Assembly (NCBI GenBank): GCA_029940535.1
Contig: JAPYUM010000002.1
Coordinates: 19,264 to 83,263, forward strand
Reading direction: 5' to 3'
Length of the DNA: 64,000 nt
DNA from: Vicinamibacterales bacterium
GTDB lineage: Bacteria; Acidobacteriota; Vicinamibacteria; Vicinamibacterales; UBA8438
Both the position numbers and the translations under genes were made by a program. Under the pieces are notes generated by a model. It did not search any database. It was not told the origin of the DNA and worked only from the letters and a program-made list of their open reading frames with translations. Positions 20,729 to 29,509 of the stretch are shown here, piece after piece (positions within the stretch are counted from its first letter, which is position 1; each line of letters opens with the position of its first letter).

Positions 20729-21640
20729 TTATCGACGAGTCTTGGTGGGAGGAGCGACCCCGGCCTGGTCGAGCAGACGATCGTTCTCCCTCCAGTCCGC
20801 CCGCACCTTGACGTGGAGGTCGAGATGCACCCGGCGCCCAAAGAAGCGTTCGAGATCTCGCCGCGCCTCGGTTCCGATCCGCTTGATCAACGCACCGCCG
20901 AGGCCGACGACGATCGGTTTCTGAGACCGCCGCTCGACCAGAATCGAGCAATAGATCTGGAGGCGCCCGGGCTCGGAGACCTCGTCGAACTGGTCGACGA
21001 CCACCGCCGTCGAGAATGGTAGCTCCGCGTGGGTGTGCTGCAAGACCTTCTCCCGGACGGTCTCGGCCGCCAGCACCCGCTCCGGCTGGTCGGTCAGGAA
21101 GTCGTCCGGATACAGTGCCTCGCCTTCAGGCAGCTGCTCGATGATGGCCCGCTCGAGAATCTCGACACCCTCTCCGCTCCGGGCCGACACGGGCACGATG
21201 GCCGTGAAGTCTCGCTGCTGGCGATACCAATCGATCAGCGGCAGCAAACGTGTCTTGGTAATGAGGTCGATCTTGTTGAGGACGAGCATGACCGGTCCCG
21301 TGGCCCGCTCGAGTTTCTCGAGGACGAATCGGTCGCCCGCCCCGAGCCCGTCGGTGGCATCGCGCACCAGCGCAATGACGTCGACATCGCCCATTGACTC
21401 GTAGGCGATATCGACCATGCGGACGTTCATGCGGTGCAAGGGCCGGTGTATGCCCGGGGTGTCAACGAACACGACCTGAGCGGCCGGGTCCCCGTCGTAG
21501 TTGCGCACCGCGACGATCCGATTGCGGGTCGTCTGAGGCTTGTCAGATACGATCGCGAGCTTGGTCCCCACGATGCGATTGAGCAGCGTGGATTTCCCGG
21601 CATTCGGCCGACCGATGAACGAGACGAACCCGGACCGCAT
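20729..21640 (-). CDS. era: GTPase Era
   Basis: G1 GRPNAGKST, G3 DTPG, G4 NKID and a C-terminal KH domain. Confidence 0.96.
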   Translation of the reverse strand: MRSGFVSFIGRPNAGKSTLLNRIVGTKLAIVSDKPQTTRNRIVAVRNYDGDPAAQVVFVDTPGIHRPLHRMNVRMVDIAYESMGDVDVIALVRDATDGLGAGDRFVLEKLERATGPVMLVLNKIDLITKTRLLPLIDWYRQQRDFTAIVPVSARSGEGVEILERAIIEQLPEGEALYPDDFLTDQPERVLAAETVREKVLQHTHAELPFSTAVVVDQFDEVSEPGRLQIYCSILVERRSQKPIVVGLGGALIKRIGTEARRDLERFFGRRVHLDLHVKVRADWRENDRLLDQAGVAPPTKTRR

Positions 21641-21641
21641 G

Positions 21642-22883
21642 TTACTTCGCCACGGCCTCGACGCCGCTGCGATGCCCCATACGCACCTTCCGCACCCGTC
21701 GACGCTCCGCTTCGAGGACCTCCACCGTCAGGTCGTCGACGTCGACCGTTTCGCCCGCGGTCGGCACGCGACCCAGTCGGGTCAGCAGGTAACCACCCAC
21801 CGTTTCGAAACCGTCGCGCTCCACCGCGATCCCAAGCCGCTCGCACATATCGGCAACGCTGACCGTGGCGAGAAACACGAAGGCGCCGTCGCCCTCATCC
21901 ACGATCGGCTCCGACTCGTCGCCGTCGTATTCGTCGCGAATCTCCCCGACAATCTCCTCGAGCAGGTCTTCGATGGTCACCAGCCCCGCGGTCCCGCCGT
22001 ACTCGTCCACGACAATGGCGCTTTGTACGTGCTCGACCTGCAACTCGCGCAGCAGATCCGCCACCCGCTTCCCCTCCGGCACAAGATAGGCCGGGCGCAG
22101 CAGCCGCGGCACGATCTTGGACGAGCCGGGGAGCCCGTCCAACGCGACCAAATCCTTCGCGAACACAAATCCCAGGATGTGGTCCAGGTTCTCTCTGAAC
22201 ACCGGGATCCGCGAGTACTCCTGCTCGGCAAAGAGGGTCCGGAACTCTGCGACCGTGGCATCGTGGGCAATAGCGACAATGTCCGGTCTCGGGGTCATCA
22301 CCTCGACGACGAGCGTGCCACCGAAGTCGACCACGGACTGCAGTAACTTCCGCTCCTCGGTGTCCTCGATCGTCGCCTCGAGGTCGGCACTCTCGCTGGC
22401 GTCAGCCTCGTCGGACTTGCCGTTGCGAATGGCCCGCGTCTCGGACCGGCGCGGGCGATGCGCCAACCGGAGCAATCCCCCGGTCACCGGACCGAGCACC
22501 CTCAGCGTCCGGTCGAACGAGGGCAGGAGCAGTTCCAGCACCCGCCCGGAACCCCGTCGCACGACGACCGACGGGACAAGCTGTTCGCACACAAGCACAA
22601 ACGTGACCAGCGCCAGCAGCAACAGCCCGACGGCCTGAGGCGTCGAGACGCCGATCAACCGAGCCAGGATGACCGCCGCGGCAGCAAACAGCAGCCCGCG
22701 AAGCAGCCGCGTCGCCACATACAACCGCAACGGGTCCTCGAGGTAGACCGTCAGGGACCCGTGCTGTATGTCGCGCTCCACGTTCAAACGCTCGGGGAGA
22801 CGCACCATGGCGCCGAATGCGGACTCGATGGTGGCCACGTAGACGACACCACATCCGATCAGGAACAGCAGCAGGGGCAACAT
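21642..22883 (-). CDS. CNNM/CorC-type hemolysin-family protein (DUF21-CBS-CorC_HlyC)
   Basis: N-terminal TM DUF21, a CBS pair and a CorC_HlyC C-terminus. The ATG at 22883 (MLPLLLFLIG) avoids overlap with ybeY. Confidence 0.88.
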   Translation of the reverse strand: MLPLLLFLIGCGVVYVATIESAFGAMVRLPERLNVERDIQHGSLTVYLEDPLRLYVATRLLRGLLFAAAAVILARLIGVSTPQAVGLLLLALVTFVLVCEQLVPSVVVRRGSGRVLELLLPSFDRTLRVLGPVTGGLLRLAHRPRRSETRAIRNGKSDEADASESADLEATIEDTEERKLLQSVVDFGGTLVVEVMTPRPDIVAIAHDATVAEFRTLFAEQEYSRIPVFRENLDHILGFVFAKDLVALDGLPGSSKIVPRLLRPAYLVPEGKRVADLLRELQVEHVQSAIVVDEYGGTAGLVTIEDLLEEIVGEIRDEYDGDESEPIVDEGDGAFVFLATVSVADMCERLGIAVERDGFETVGGYLLTRLGRVPTAGETVDVDDLTVEVLEAERRRVRKVRMGHRSGVEAVAK

Positions 22884-22891
22884 GTCGTGTT

Positions 22892-23392
22892 CTAGTTCAC
22901 CGGCAGTCCGCCTCGGCGCCGAAGTCGGCGCTCGAGTCGCACCATCTCTCCATCGTCTCGCTCGTGGTCGTAGCCGAGCAGGTGCAACAGACCGTGCAAT
23001 GCGAGTCGTCGCCACTCCTCGGACTCGGTCAGCCCGGCCGCTCGGGCTTGCCTCGCCGCTCGTCCGGTGGCAATGACGATATCGCCCAGACAGGGTGTGG
23101 GCGCCGGGCTGAGACCGGCCGGCACCGGATCGGCAGGAAACGACAACACATCGGTGACCTTGCCGATTCCTCGAAATCGCCGGTTCAGGTCGCGCATTTT
23201 ACGGTCACCGACCAGCGCCACGACGACCTCGCCGACCGCAGAGCGCGGCGCGAGACCAGCCAACCAGGCCGGAAGCCCCGGGGCCGGCTTGCGCCGCCCG
23301 CGACCGTCCGTGACGGTCACCCGCAACCGCGTGGCCCGAGAGGCCCGGGACGTAGCGATTCGAACCTGAGGGTCCGGGTCGTCCGAGGTCAT
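22892..23392 (-). CDS. ybeY: rRNA maturation RNase YbeY
   Basis: Metal-binding motif HGLLHLLGYDHE. Confidence 0.93.
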   Translation of the reverse strand: MTSDDPDPQVRIATSRASRATRLRVTVTDGRGRRKPAPGLPAWLAGLAPRSAVGEVVVALVGDRKMRDLNRRFRGIGKVTDVLSFPADPVPAGLSPAPTPCLGDIVIATGRAARQARAAGLTESEEWRRLALHGLLHLLGYDHERDDGEMVRLERRLRRRGGLPVN

Positions 23393-24468
23393 CTGTCGTT
23401 CGCGGCCTGCGCCGGGCGCGGCTCCGTGTCCATCATCTCGCCGGCGCGGTAGAGAGAACCGCTCGGGGCCCCCTCGGCATAGGCTTCGTACGCCTCGACG
23501 ATCTTCTGCACGAGCGGGTGCCGCACGACGTCGCGACCGTCGAACCGGGTGAACGCGATACCCTCGACATGCTCGACGATCCGCATCACTTCGATCAGCC
23601 CTGACGTGCGCCCCGAAGGCAGATCGATCTGCGTGATGTCGCCCGTGATGACCGCCTTCGAACCGAACCCGAGCCGCGTCAGGAACATCTTCATCTGCTC
23701 TGGCGTGGTGTTTTGTGCCTCGTCGAGGACCACGAACGCCTCGTTCAACGTGCGCCCCCGCATGAACGCGAGCGGCGCAATTTCGATGGTGCCGCGCTCG
23801 AGCAGACGGTCGACACGTTCCGCATCGAGCATGTCGTACAACGCGTCGTAGAGCGGGCGCAGATACGGGTTGACCTTCTCCTGCATGTCCCCGGGCAGGA
23901 ATCCGAGCTTCTCGCCGGCCTCCACCGCGGGACGAGCCAGAATGATCCGCGTGACTTTCTTGGCCGTGAGAGACGCCACCGCTTGTGCCATCGCCAAGTA
24001 GGTCTTTCCGGTACCGGCGGGACCGATGCCGAAGACGACGTCATGGCTGTCGATTGCTTCGAGATAGCGGCGCTGGTTCACGCTTTTCGGGGCAATGTGG
24101 CGTTTACTGGACGCTTTCACGGTGGCCCGCACGAAGAAGTCGCTGAGCCGCACTCCGTCGTCCTGCTGCACCAACTCCGCCGCGCGGCGCACGTCGTCCT
24201 GTGAGAGCTGGTAGCCGTGCGTCACCAACTCGGCCAGCTGCCCCACGAGACCCTCCAGTGCCAGGAGCGACGCTCGGGGACCTTCTGCCAGGAGCGCCGT
24301 GCCGTCCGTGCGGATCTGCACGCCAAACAGACGCTCGAACGTCTTGAGATTGGCGTCGTAGGAGCCGAACAGCGCTTCGACCCCGTCATCGGGGATGGAA
24401 ATCCGCGCGATGGTGGTGGTGCCGGGCTCGCCTTGGTCTTGTGGCACGGATAGAAATGATGGTGACAC
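23389..24468 (-). CDS. phoH: PhoH-family ATPase
   Basis: Walker A GPAGTGKTYLAM and the PhoH signature (ILARPAVEAGEKLGFLPGD). Confidence 0.94.
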   Translation of the reverse strand: MSPSFLSVPQDQGEPGTTTIARISIPDDGVEALFGSYDANLKTFERLFGVQIRTDGTALLAEGPRASLLALEGLVGQLAELVTHGYQLSQDDVRRAAELVQQDDGVRLSDFFVRATVKASSKRHIAPKSVNQRRYLEAIDSHDVVFGIGPAGTGKTYLAMAQAVASLTAKKVTRIILARPAVEAGEKLGFLPGDMQEKVNPYLRPLYDALYDMLDAERVDRLLERGTIEIAPLAFMRGRTLNEAFVVLDEAQNTTPEQMKMFLTRLGFGSKAVITGDITQIDLPSGRTSGLIEVMRIVEHVEGIAFTRFDGRDVVRHPLVQKIVEAYEAYAEGAPSGSLYRAGEMMDTEPRPAQAANDR

Positions 24469-24487
24469 GCTGTCAGGAGCCGGTCAA

Positions 24488-24579
24488 GGCGCGCACATGC
24501 GCGTCTCGCGGCCGCGGAGTGGGGCACTCGGGGTCCCCGCGTAGCGGTCGCGTGGGGTTCGGGGCGCAGCCCCGTCTGA
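24488..24579 (-). repeat. Family-1 dispersed intergenic repeat (copy B, reverse)
   Basis: The reverse complement aligns along its whole length with copies at 4779 and 47382 (…GGAGTGGGGCACTCGGGGTCCCCGCG…GTGGGGTTCGGGGCGCAGCCCCGTCTGA). Confidence 0.85.
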
Positions 24580-24594
24580 AGAGGTCGCGCCCGT

Positions 24595-24677
24595 CTGGCG
24601 GCGTTACTGCGTCAGTCACAACCCGCCTGGCTGCTCCCTCCTTGCGCCTTGCCAGACGAACGCCTCACCCGGAAACC
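24595..24677. mobile_element. Family-2 MITE-like repeat (copy B, one end missing)
   Basis: CTGGCGGCGTTACTGCG...GCCTGGCTGCTCCCTCC...GCCAGACGAACGCCTCACCCGGAAACC aligns with copies A and C. The left inverted end is replaced by the junction with family-1 copy B. Confidence 0.55.
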
Positions 24678-24682
24678 ACATC

Positions 24683-26443
24683 TTAGCGCTCTGGTGTGGG
24701 GTCCAAGTGGAGTTCGCGCAACTGATGCGCGCTCACCGTCGACGGTGCGCCCGTCATCAGGTCGACGGCCGTGGCCGTTTTCGGAAATGCCATCACGTCA
24801 CGAATAGACGGCTCTCCCGCCAGCAGCGCCAGGATCCGGTCGACCCCGAGGGCAATCCCTCCGTGCGGCGGTGTCCCGTATTCGAGCGCTTCGAGAAAAA
24901 AGCCAAACCGAGACCGTGCGTCCTCATCGCTGATCCCCAAGAGCTCAAAGATACGCCGTTGCAGCGGCTGCTCGTGGATCCGAATGCTGCCACCGCCGAT
25001 CTCGCTGCCGTTCAGGACCAGGTCATACGCTTTCGCCCGTACCGAGCCCAGGTCGGTTTCCAGACGGTCTCGGTCCTCGTCACGCGGCGCGGTGAACGGG
25101 TGATGCATCGACATGTGTCGCCCTTCGGTCTCGCTCCACTCGAACATCGGAAAATCAACCACCCAGGTCAGCGCCCGGCGCTGCTCATCGACCACGCCCT
25201 CGCGAGCAGCCAGTCTGAGACGCATCTTCCCCAACAACGCGGAGGCCTCGTGGGGCGCCCCGGCCGCCACCAGCACCAGTCCGTCGTCACCGGATCCCGC
25301 CGACTCGAGGAGCCGGCCCAGCGTCTCGGCCCCCGCCGCCTTCAGAATCGAACTCTGCACGTCGCCGCCGGGACCACGACGAGCCCAGACCAGCCCTTGC
25401 GCCCCGAGCTCGATCGCCTCGTCAACCAGCTTGTCGACCTGGCTGCGGGAGTACTTCCCCGCGCCCGGCACGACGAGCGCGCGAATCGCGCCCCCTCCGG
25501 CGACGACGTCACGAAACACCCGGAAGCTCGACTCGGAGAACACGTCGGACACGTCGACGATCGCCATCTCGATTCGCAGATCCGGCTTGTCGGACCCGTA
25601 CTTGTCCATCGCCTCGGCGTACGGCAAGCGGGGAAACGGGGTCTCGATCGACTCGTCGTTCGCGGCGAACATAGCCTGCATCAGCCGCTCGACGGCGGTA
25701 AAGACGACGTCCTGGGTCACGAAGGACATCTCCATGTCGATCTGGGTGAACTCCGGCTGTCGATCGGCGCGGAGGTCCTCGTCCCTGAAACACCGTGCGA
25801 TCTGAAAGTACCGGTCCATCCCGCTGATCATCAGAATCTGTTTGAAGATCTGTGGCGACTGCGGCAGGGCGAAGAACTCGCCGGGATGCACGCGGCTGGG
25901 CACCAGGTAGTCGCGTGCGCCTTCCGGGGTGGACTTGGCGAGCACGGGCGTCTCGATGTCGAGAAAGCCCTGGGCGTCGAGCGACTGTCGCGCCGCCATC
26001 AACACGCGGTGCCGCAATTGCATGTTCCGTTGCATCCGATCACGGCGCAGATCGAGGTAGCGATACTTCAACCGCAGGTCTTCCGACACCGGTGTCTCGT
26101 CGGCGATCTGAAACGGTGGTCGACGCGCTTCACTCAACACCGTGATCTCGCGTATGGCAATCTCGACTTCACCGGTCTCGATTTTCGGATTCAGCGTCTC
26201 GTCGGATCGGCGCTCGACCGTCCCGCACACTTTGACGACGTATTCCGGGCGCAGCCGTTTGGTCTGCGCGAGCAGCGCGTCGTCGTCGCGAGCGACCACC
26301 TGGGTCACGCCGTAGCGATCCCGGATGTCGACAAAAATCAGTGACCCGAGGTCGCGCACCCGATGCACCCAACCCATCAGGGTCGCCTCAGCGCCCATGT
26401 CGGTGGTGCGCAACGCACCGCATGTATGTGTTCGTTCAGACAC
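24683..26443 (-). CDS. aspS: aspartate--tRNA ligase
   Basis: 586 aa with an OB anticodon domain, class II motifs (FRDEDLRADRQPEFTQID; GGGSIRIH) and the GAD insertion. Confidence 0.97.
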   Translation of the reverse strand: MSERTHTCGALRTTDMGAEATLMGWVHRVRDLGSLIFVDIRDRYGVTQVVARDDDALLAQTKRLRPEYVVKVCGTVERRSDETLNPKIETGEVEIAIREITVLSEARRPPFQIADETPVSEDLRLKYRYLDLRRDRMQRNMQLRHRVLMAARQSLDAQGFLDIETPVLAKSTPEGARDYLVPSRVHPGEFFALPQSPQIFKQILMISGMDRYFQIARCFRDEDLRADRQPEFTQIDMEMSFVTQDVVFTAVERLMQAMFAANDESIETPFPRLPYAEAMDKYGSDKPDLRIEMAIVDVSDVFSESSFRVFRDVVAGGGAIRALVVPGAGKYSRSQVDKLVDEAIELGAQGLVWARRGPGGDVQSSILKAAGAETLGRLLESAGSGDDGLVLVAAGAPHEASALLGKMRLRLAAREGVVDEQRRALTWVVDFPMFEWSETEGRHMSMHHPFTAPRDEDRDRLETDLGSVRAKAYDLVLNGSEIGGGSIRIHEQPLQRRIFELLGISDEDARSRFGFFLEALEYGTPPHGGIALGVDRILALLAGEPSIRDVMAFPKTATAVDLMTGAPSTVSAHQLRELHLDPTPER

Positions 26444-26446
26444 GTT

Positions 26447-27700
26447 TCAATCCGTTCTCACGGCGCGTAGGTGAGCGACCAGGTCGGCCCTGGCCACGGT
26501 CTGCTGCTCGCCGGTCTCCATCGTTTTGACCGTCACCTGGTTAGTCGCCAGTTCATCTTCACCAAGGATCAGCATGTGGCGGGCCCGGCTGCGATTCGCC
26601 CGTTTCATCTGCGATTTCGAGGACCGTCCCTCGTAGTCGATCAACGTCGTCAGCCCGGCCCGACGCAGATCGCGGGCCAGGATGCGAGCCGCGAACCAAC
26701 TCGGGTCGCCGAGGGCCACCACGAACGCATCCGCGACGTCCATCTCGCCGGCTCCTTCCGGCAGCGCCAGCACCAGGCGCTCGAGCCCGGCCGCGAAGCC
26801 GATGCCGGACCGATCAGGACCACCGAGCTGCTTCACCAGATGGTCGTACCGACCCCCACCGAGCAGCGCGTTCTGCGCGCCAAGACTCGTCCCAAGAATC
26901 TCGAATGTCGTACGCGTGTAGTAGTCGAGACCACGCACCAGGCGGTGAGACACTCGATAGGCCAGCCCATAGGCGTCCAGATGCCGCCGGACCTCGGCGA
27001 AGTGATCGCGGCAGGCGTCGCACAAGAAATTTTCCGAATGCGGCAGCTGGTCGATGACCGGCTGGTCGGCCGGCACCTTGCAGTCAAAAATCCGAAGCGG
27101 ATTCGTGACACTCCGTCGCTGGCAGTCGCCGCACAACTCGGCGACCCGCTCCCCGAGCGCGTCGATCAGGGCCTGGGTGAATCGGGGTCGGCACGCGGCA
27201 CACCCCACCGAGTTGATCACCAACTCGGCGCCCTCGATTCCGAGCTCGGTCACCAACGCCGACGCCATCTCGATCACCTCCCCGTCAACCGCCGGGTCGG
27301 TAATGCCAAAGACCTCGATGTCCAGCTGATGGAACTGCCGGTAGCGTCCTTTCTGCGGCCGCTCATAGCGGAACATCGGCCCGAGACTGTACAGCTTGGC
27401 GCACGGTAACTCCTGCTCGAGCGCGTGCTCCACAAACGACCGGACCATGCTGGGGGTCGCCTCCGGTCGCAAGGTAATCCGGTCGCCGCCCTTGTCGGTG
27501 AAGGCGTACATCTCCTTCTGCACGATGTCGGTCGACTCGCCCGTCCCCTTCGCGAACAATTCTTCCCGCTCGATGACTGGGGTACGCACTTCGGCGTAGC
27601 CATATCGGGCGCAGAGATCGCGCGCCACGCCTTCGACGCGCTGCCAGCGGCCCACCTCGGCGGGCAGGATGTCACGAGTACCACGAATGCTGGGAATCAT
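26447..27700 (-). CDS. hisS: histidine--tRNA ligase
   Basis: 417 aa with class II motifs (GTRDILP; MFRYERPQKGRYRQFHQ; GGGRYD). Confidence 0.97.
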   Translation of the reverse strand: MIPSIRGTRDILPAEVGRWQRVEGVARDLCARYGYAEVRTPVIEREELFAKGTGESTDIVQKEMYAFTDKGGDRITLRPEATPSMVRSFVEHALEQELPCAKLYSLGPMFRYERPQKGRYRQFHQLDIEVFGITDPAVDGEVIEMASALVTELGIEGAELVINSVGCAACRPRFTQALIDALGERVAELCGDCQRRSVTNPLRIFDCKVPADQPVIDQLPHSENFLCDACRDHFAEVRRHLDAYGLAYRVSHRLVRGLDYYTRTTFEILGTSLGAQNALLGGGRYDHLVKQLGGPDRSGIGFAAGLERLVLALPEGAGEMDVADAFVVALGDPSWFAARILARDLRRAGLTTLIDYEGRSSKSQMKRANRSRARHMLILGEDELATNQVTVKTMETGEQQTVARADLVAHLRAVRTD

Positions 27701-27731
27701 TACGTTTATACGGGGCTGCGCCGCCTTCTTT

Positions 27732-27763
27732 TAGACGGGGCTTCGCCCCGAACCCTACGCGAC
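27732..27763 (+). repeat. Family-1 repeat, partial copy D
   Basis: TAGACGGGGCTTCGCCCCGAACCCTACGCGAC matches the first third of family 1. A further half-site ATACGGGGCTGCGCC lies just upstream. Confidence 0.6.
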
Positions 27764-27790
27764 GGCTCGGCGAGACCGTGCACGCGGGCG

Positions 27791-28306
27791 TTATGCCTCG
27801 AATTCGTCTTTGTAGCCAACGTAGTTGGACGCGTAGCGGGTGATCGACTCGGCTTCCTCGTGCGTGGTCGAACGGCGCACTCGCGCGGGGTTGCCCATGA
27901 CGAGTGACCCTGGCGGAATCTCCATGCCTTCGACCACGAGGGTCCCCGCCGCCACAATCGAACCAGACCCTATCACCGCACCGTTGAGGACAATGGCCCC
28001 CATGCCTATCAAACAACGGTCCTCAACGACACATCCATGCAGAATCGCCGCATGCCCCACCGTTACTTCGTCCCCGATCAGTGTGGGATGGGTCTCGCGC
28101 TGCACATGGACGACGGTGCCGTCCTGAATATTGGTGCGAGCCCCCACGCGGATCCGATTGACGTCGCCGCGGATGACGACGTTCATCCAGACACTACTGT
28201 CCTCACCGATCTCAACGTCGCCGATGACCTGTGCGCTGTGATCTACGAACGCCGTGGGAGCTACTCGAGGGGAGCCCGCGCGGTGGGACCGAAGCATCTG
28301 CGGCAA
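27791..28306 (-). CDS. gamma-class carbonic anhydrase / hexapeptide-repeat family protein
   Basis: 171 aa with left-handed beta-helix repeats and the typical start VAPTAFVDHSAQVIGDVEIGEDSSVW. Confidence 0.88.
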   Translation of the reverse strand: MPQMLRSHRAGSPRVAPTAFVDHSAQVIGDVEIGEDSSVWMNVVIRGDVNRIRVGARTNIQDGTVVHVQRETHPTLIGDEVTVGHAAILHGCVVEDRCLIGMGAIVLNGAVIGSGSIVAAGTLVVEGMEIPPGSLVMGNPARVRRSTTHEEAESITRYASNYVGYKDEFEA

Positions 28307-28395
28307 TTATACGTGGGTTTTCGGGCGAACCTACGCGCCGAACCCTACTAGCCCGTACCTCCTGGGTCCGTGGGCGCGCGTGACATAATGGCTGC

Positions 28396-29418
28396 ATGGA
28401 GGTGCATGACCGGCTCGGCCGGCCCCTGGCGAACCTGCGGCTGTCGGTCACCGACCGGTGCAACCTTCGCTGCCAGTACTGCATGCCGGAACGCGACTAC
28501 GTGTGGCTACCGCGCGCCGACATCCTGACGTTCGAGGAAATCGAGACGCTGGTGGACGTGTTCACCTCGCTGGGCACGACAAAGGTTCGTCTCACCGGAG
28601 GAGAGCCGCTGTTGCGGAAAGATCTCCCCGACCTCCTAACCCTGCTGGCGCGCAAGCCGGCGCTCACGGACCTGGCGCTGACGACGAACGGTATTCTGCT
28701 CGCAGATCAGGTCGCGGCGCTTCGTGCCGCCGGGCTGCCGCGCATCACGGTGAGCCTGGACACGCTCGACCCGGACCGGTTCAAGGCCCTGACGAGATTC
28801 GACAGCCTGGACGCGGTGCTGACCGGCCTTGACCAAGCCGCCAACGCGGGGTTCGACAGCGTGAAAATTGACACCGTCGTCATTCGCGGCGTGAATGACG
28901 ATGAGCTGGCACCGATGCTCGAGCACGGTCGGCGGATCGGGGCCGAGGTCCGGTTCATCGAGTACATGGACGTCGGTGGCGCCACCCGCTGGTCGATAGA
29001 CGATGTCGTGTCGCGGCAGGACATGCTCCAGCGACTTGCCACGCACTACGGTACGGTCACGCCGGTCGACGAAAACACCGCCGCCCCGGCCGACCGCTTC
29101 ACGCTGCCCGACGGTACCGTGTTCGGGATCATCTCTTCCACTACCGAACCGTTCTGCCGCCAGTGCGATCGCAGCCGGCTGACCGCCGATGGAGGCTGGT
29201 ATCGCTGCCTCTATGCCACCGACGGCACCGATCTGCGCGAGCCACTCCGCGCCGGCGTCGGGGTCGAGGGCCTGCGCAGCCTCATTGCGGAGACATGGCG
29301 CGCCCGCGACGACCGCGGCGCCGAAGATCGGCTGTCATCCGAAGACCGCTCGCGCCTCATCCCCGTCGAAACCCTCCAGGACCAACCCCATCTCGAGATG
29401 CACACGCGCGGCGGGTAG
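28396..29418 (+). CDS. moaA: GTP 3',8-cyclase (molybdenum cofactor biosynthesis A)
   Basis: Radical SAM motif CNLRCQYC after LRLSVTDR, a C-terminal second cluster CxxCxxxxxxxxxxxxxC (CRQCDRSRLTADGGWYRC) and a GG tail. Confidence 0.95.
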   Translation: MEVHDRLGRPLANLRLSVTDRCNLRCQYCMPERDYVWLPRADILTFEEIETLVDVFTSLGTTKVRLTGGEPLLRKDLPDLLTLLARKPALTDLALTTNGILLADQVAALRAAGLPRITVSLDTLDPDRFKALTRFDSLDAVLTGLDQAANAGFDSVKIDTVVIRGVNDDELAPMLEHGRRIGAEVRFIEYMDVGGATRWSIDDVVSRQDMLQRLATHYGTVTPVDENTAAPADRFTLPDGTVFGIISSTTEPFCRQCDRSRLTADGGWYRCLYATDGTDLREPLRAGVGVEGLRSLIAETWRARDDRGAEDRLSSEDRSRLIPVETLQDQPHLEMHTRGG

Positions 29419-29509
29419 GCGAGCCCCCAGCGGCAAGCAGTTCCCCCTCATTTCCGGCGGGTGATGGTAGCGGAGGCACTGTTCGCCGGTCCGTTACAAT
29501 CTGAGCGCC

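Noticed and set aside
21642-23015. N-terminal 44-codon extension of the CorC/hemolysin-family ORF, and similar extensions of greA (to 7011), alkB (to 34790), the esterase (to 41039) and the OmpA protein (from 47433).
   Set aside because: The extensions overlap neighbouring genes or repeats and are Arg/Pro-rich. An internal ATG gives the family-typical N-terminus.
28310-28350. ACGTGGGTTTTCGGGCGAACCTACGCGCCGAACCCTAC as another family-1 repeat copy.
   Set aside because: Only short, patchy similarity (CGAACCCTACGCG-like), too degenerate to call.
28307-28395. Possible Moco riboswitch upstream of moaA.
   Set aside because: The 89-nt intergenic region is too short, and part of it resembles a degenerate family-1 repeat fragment instead.
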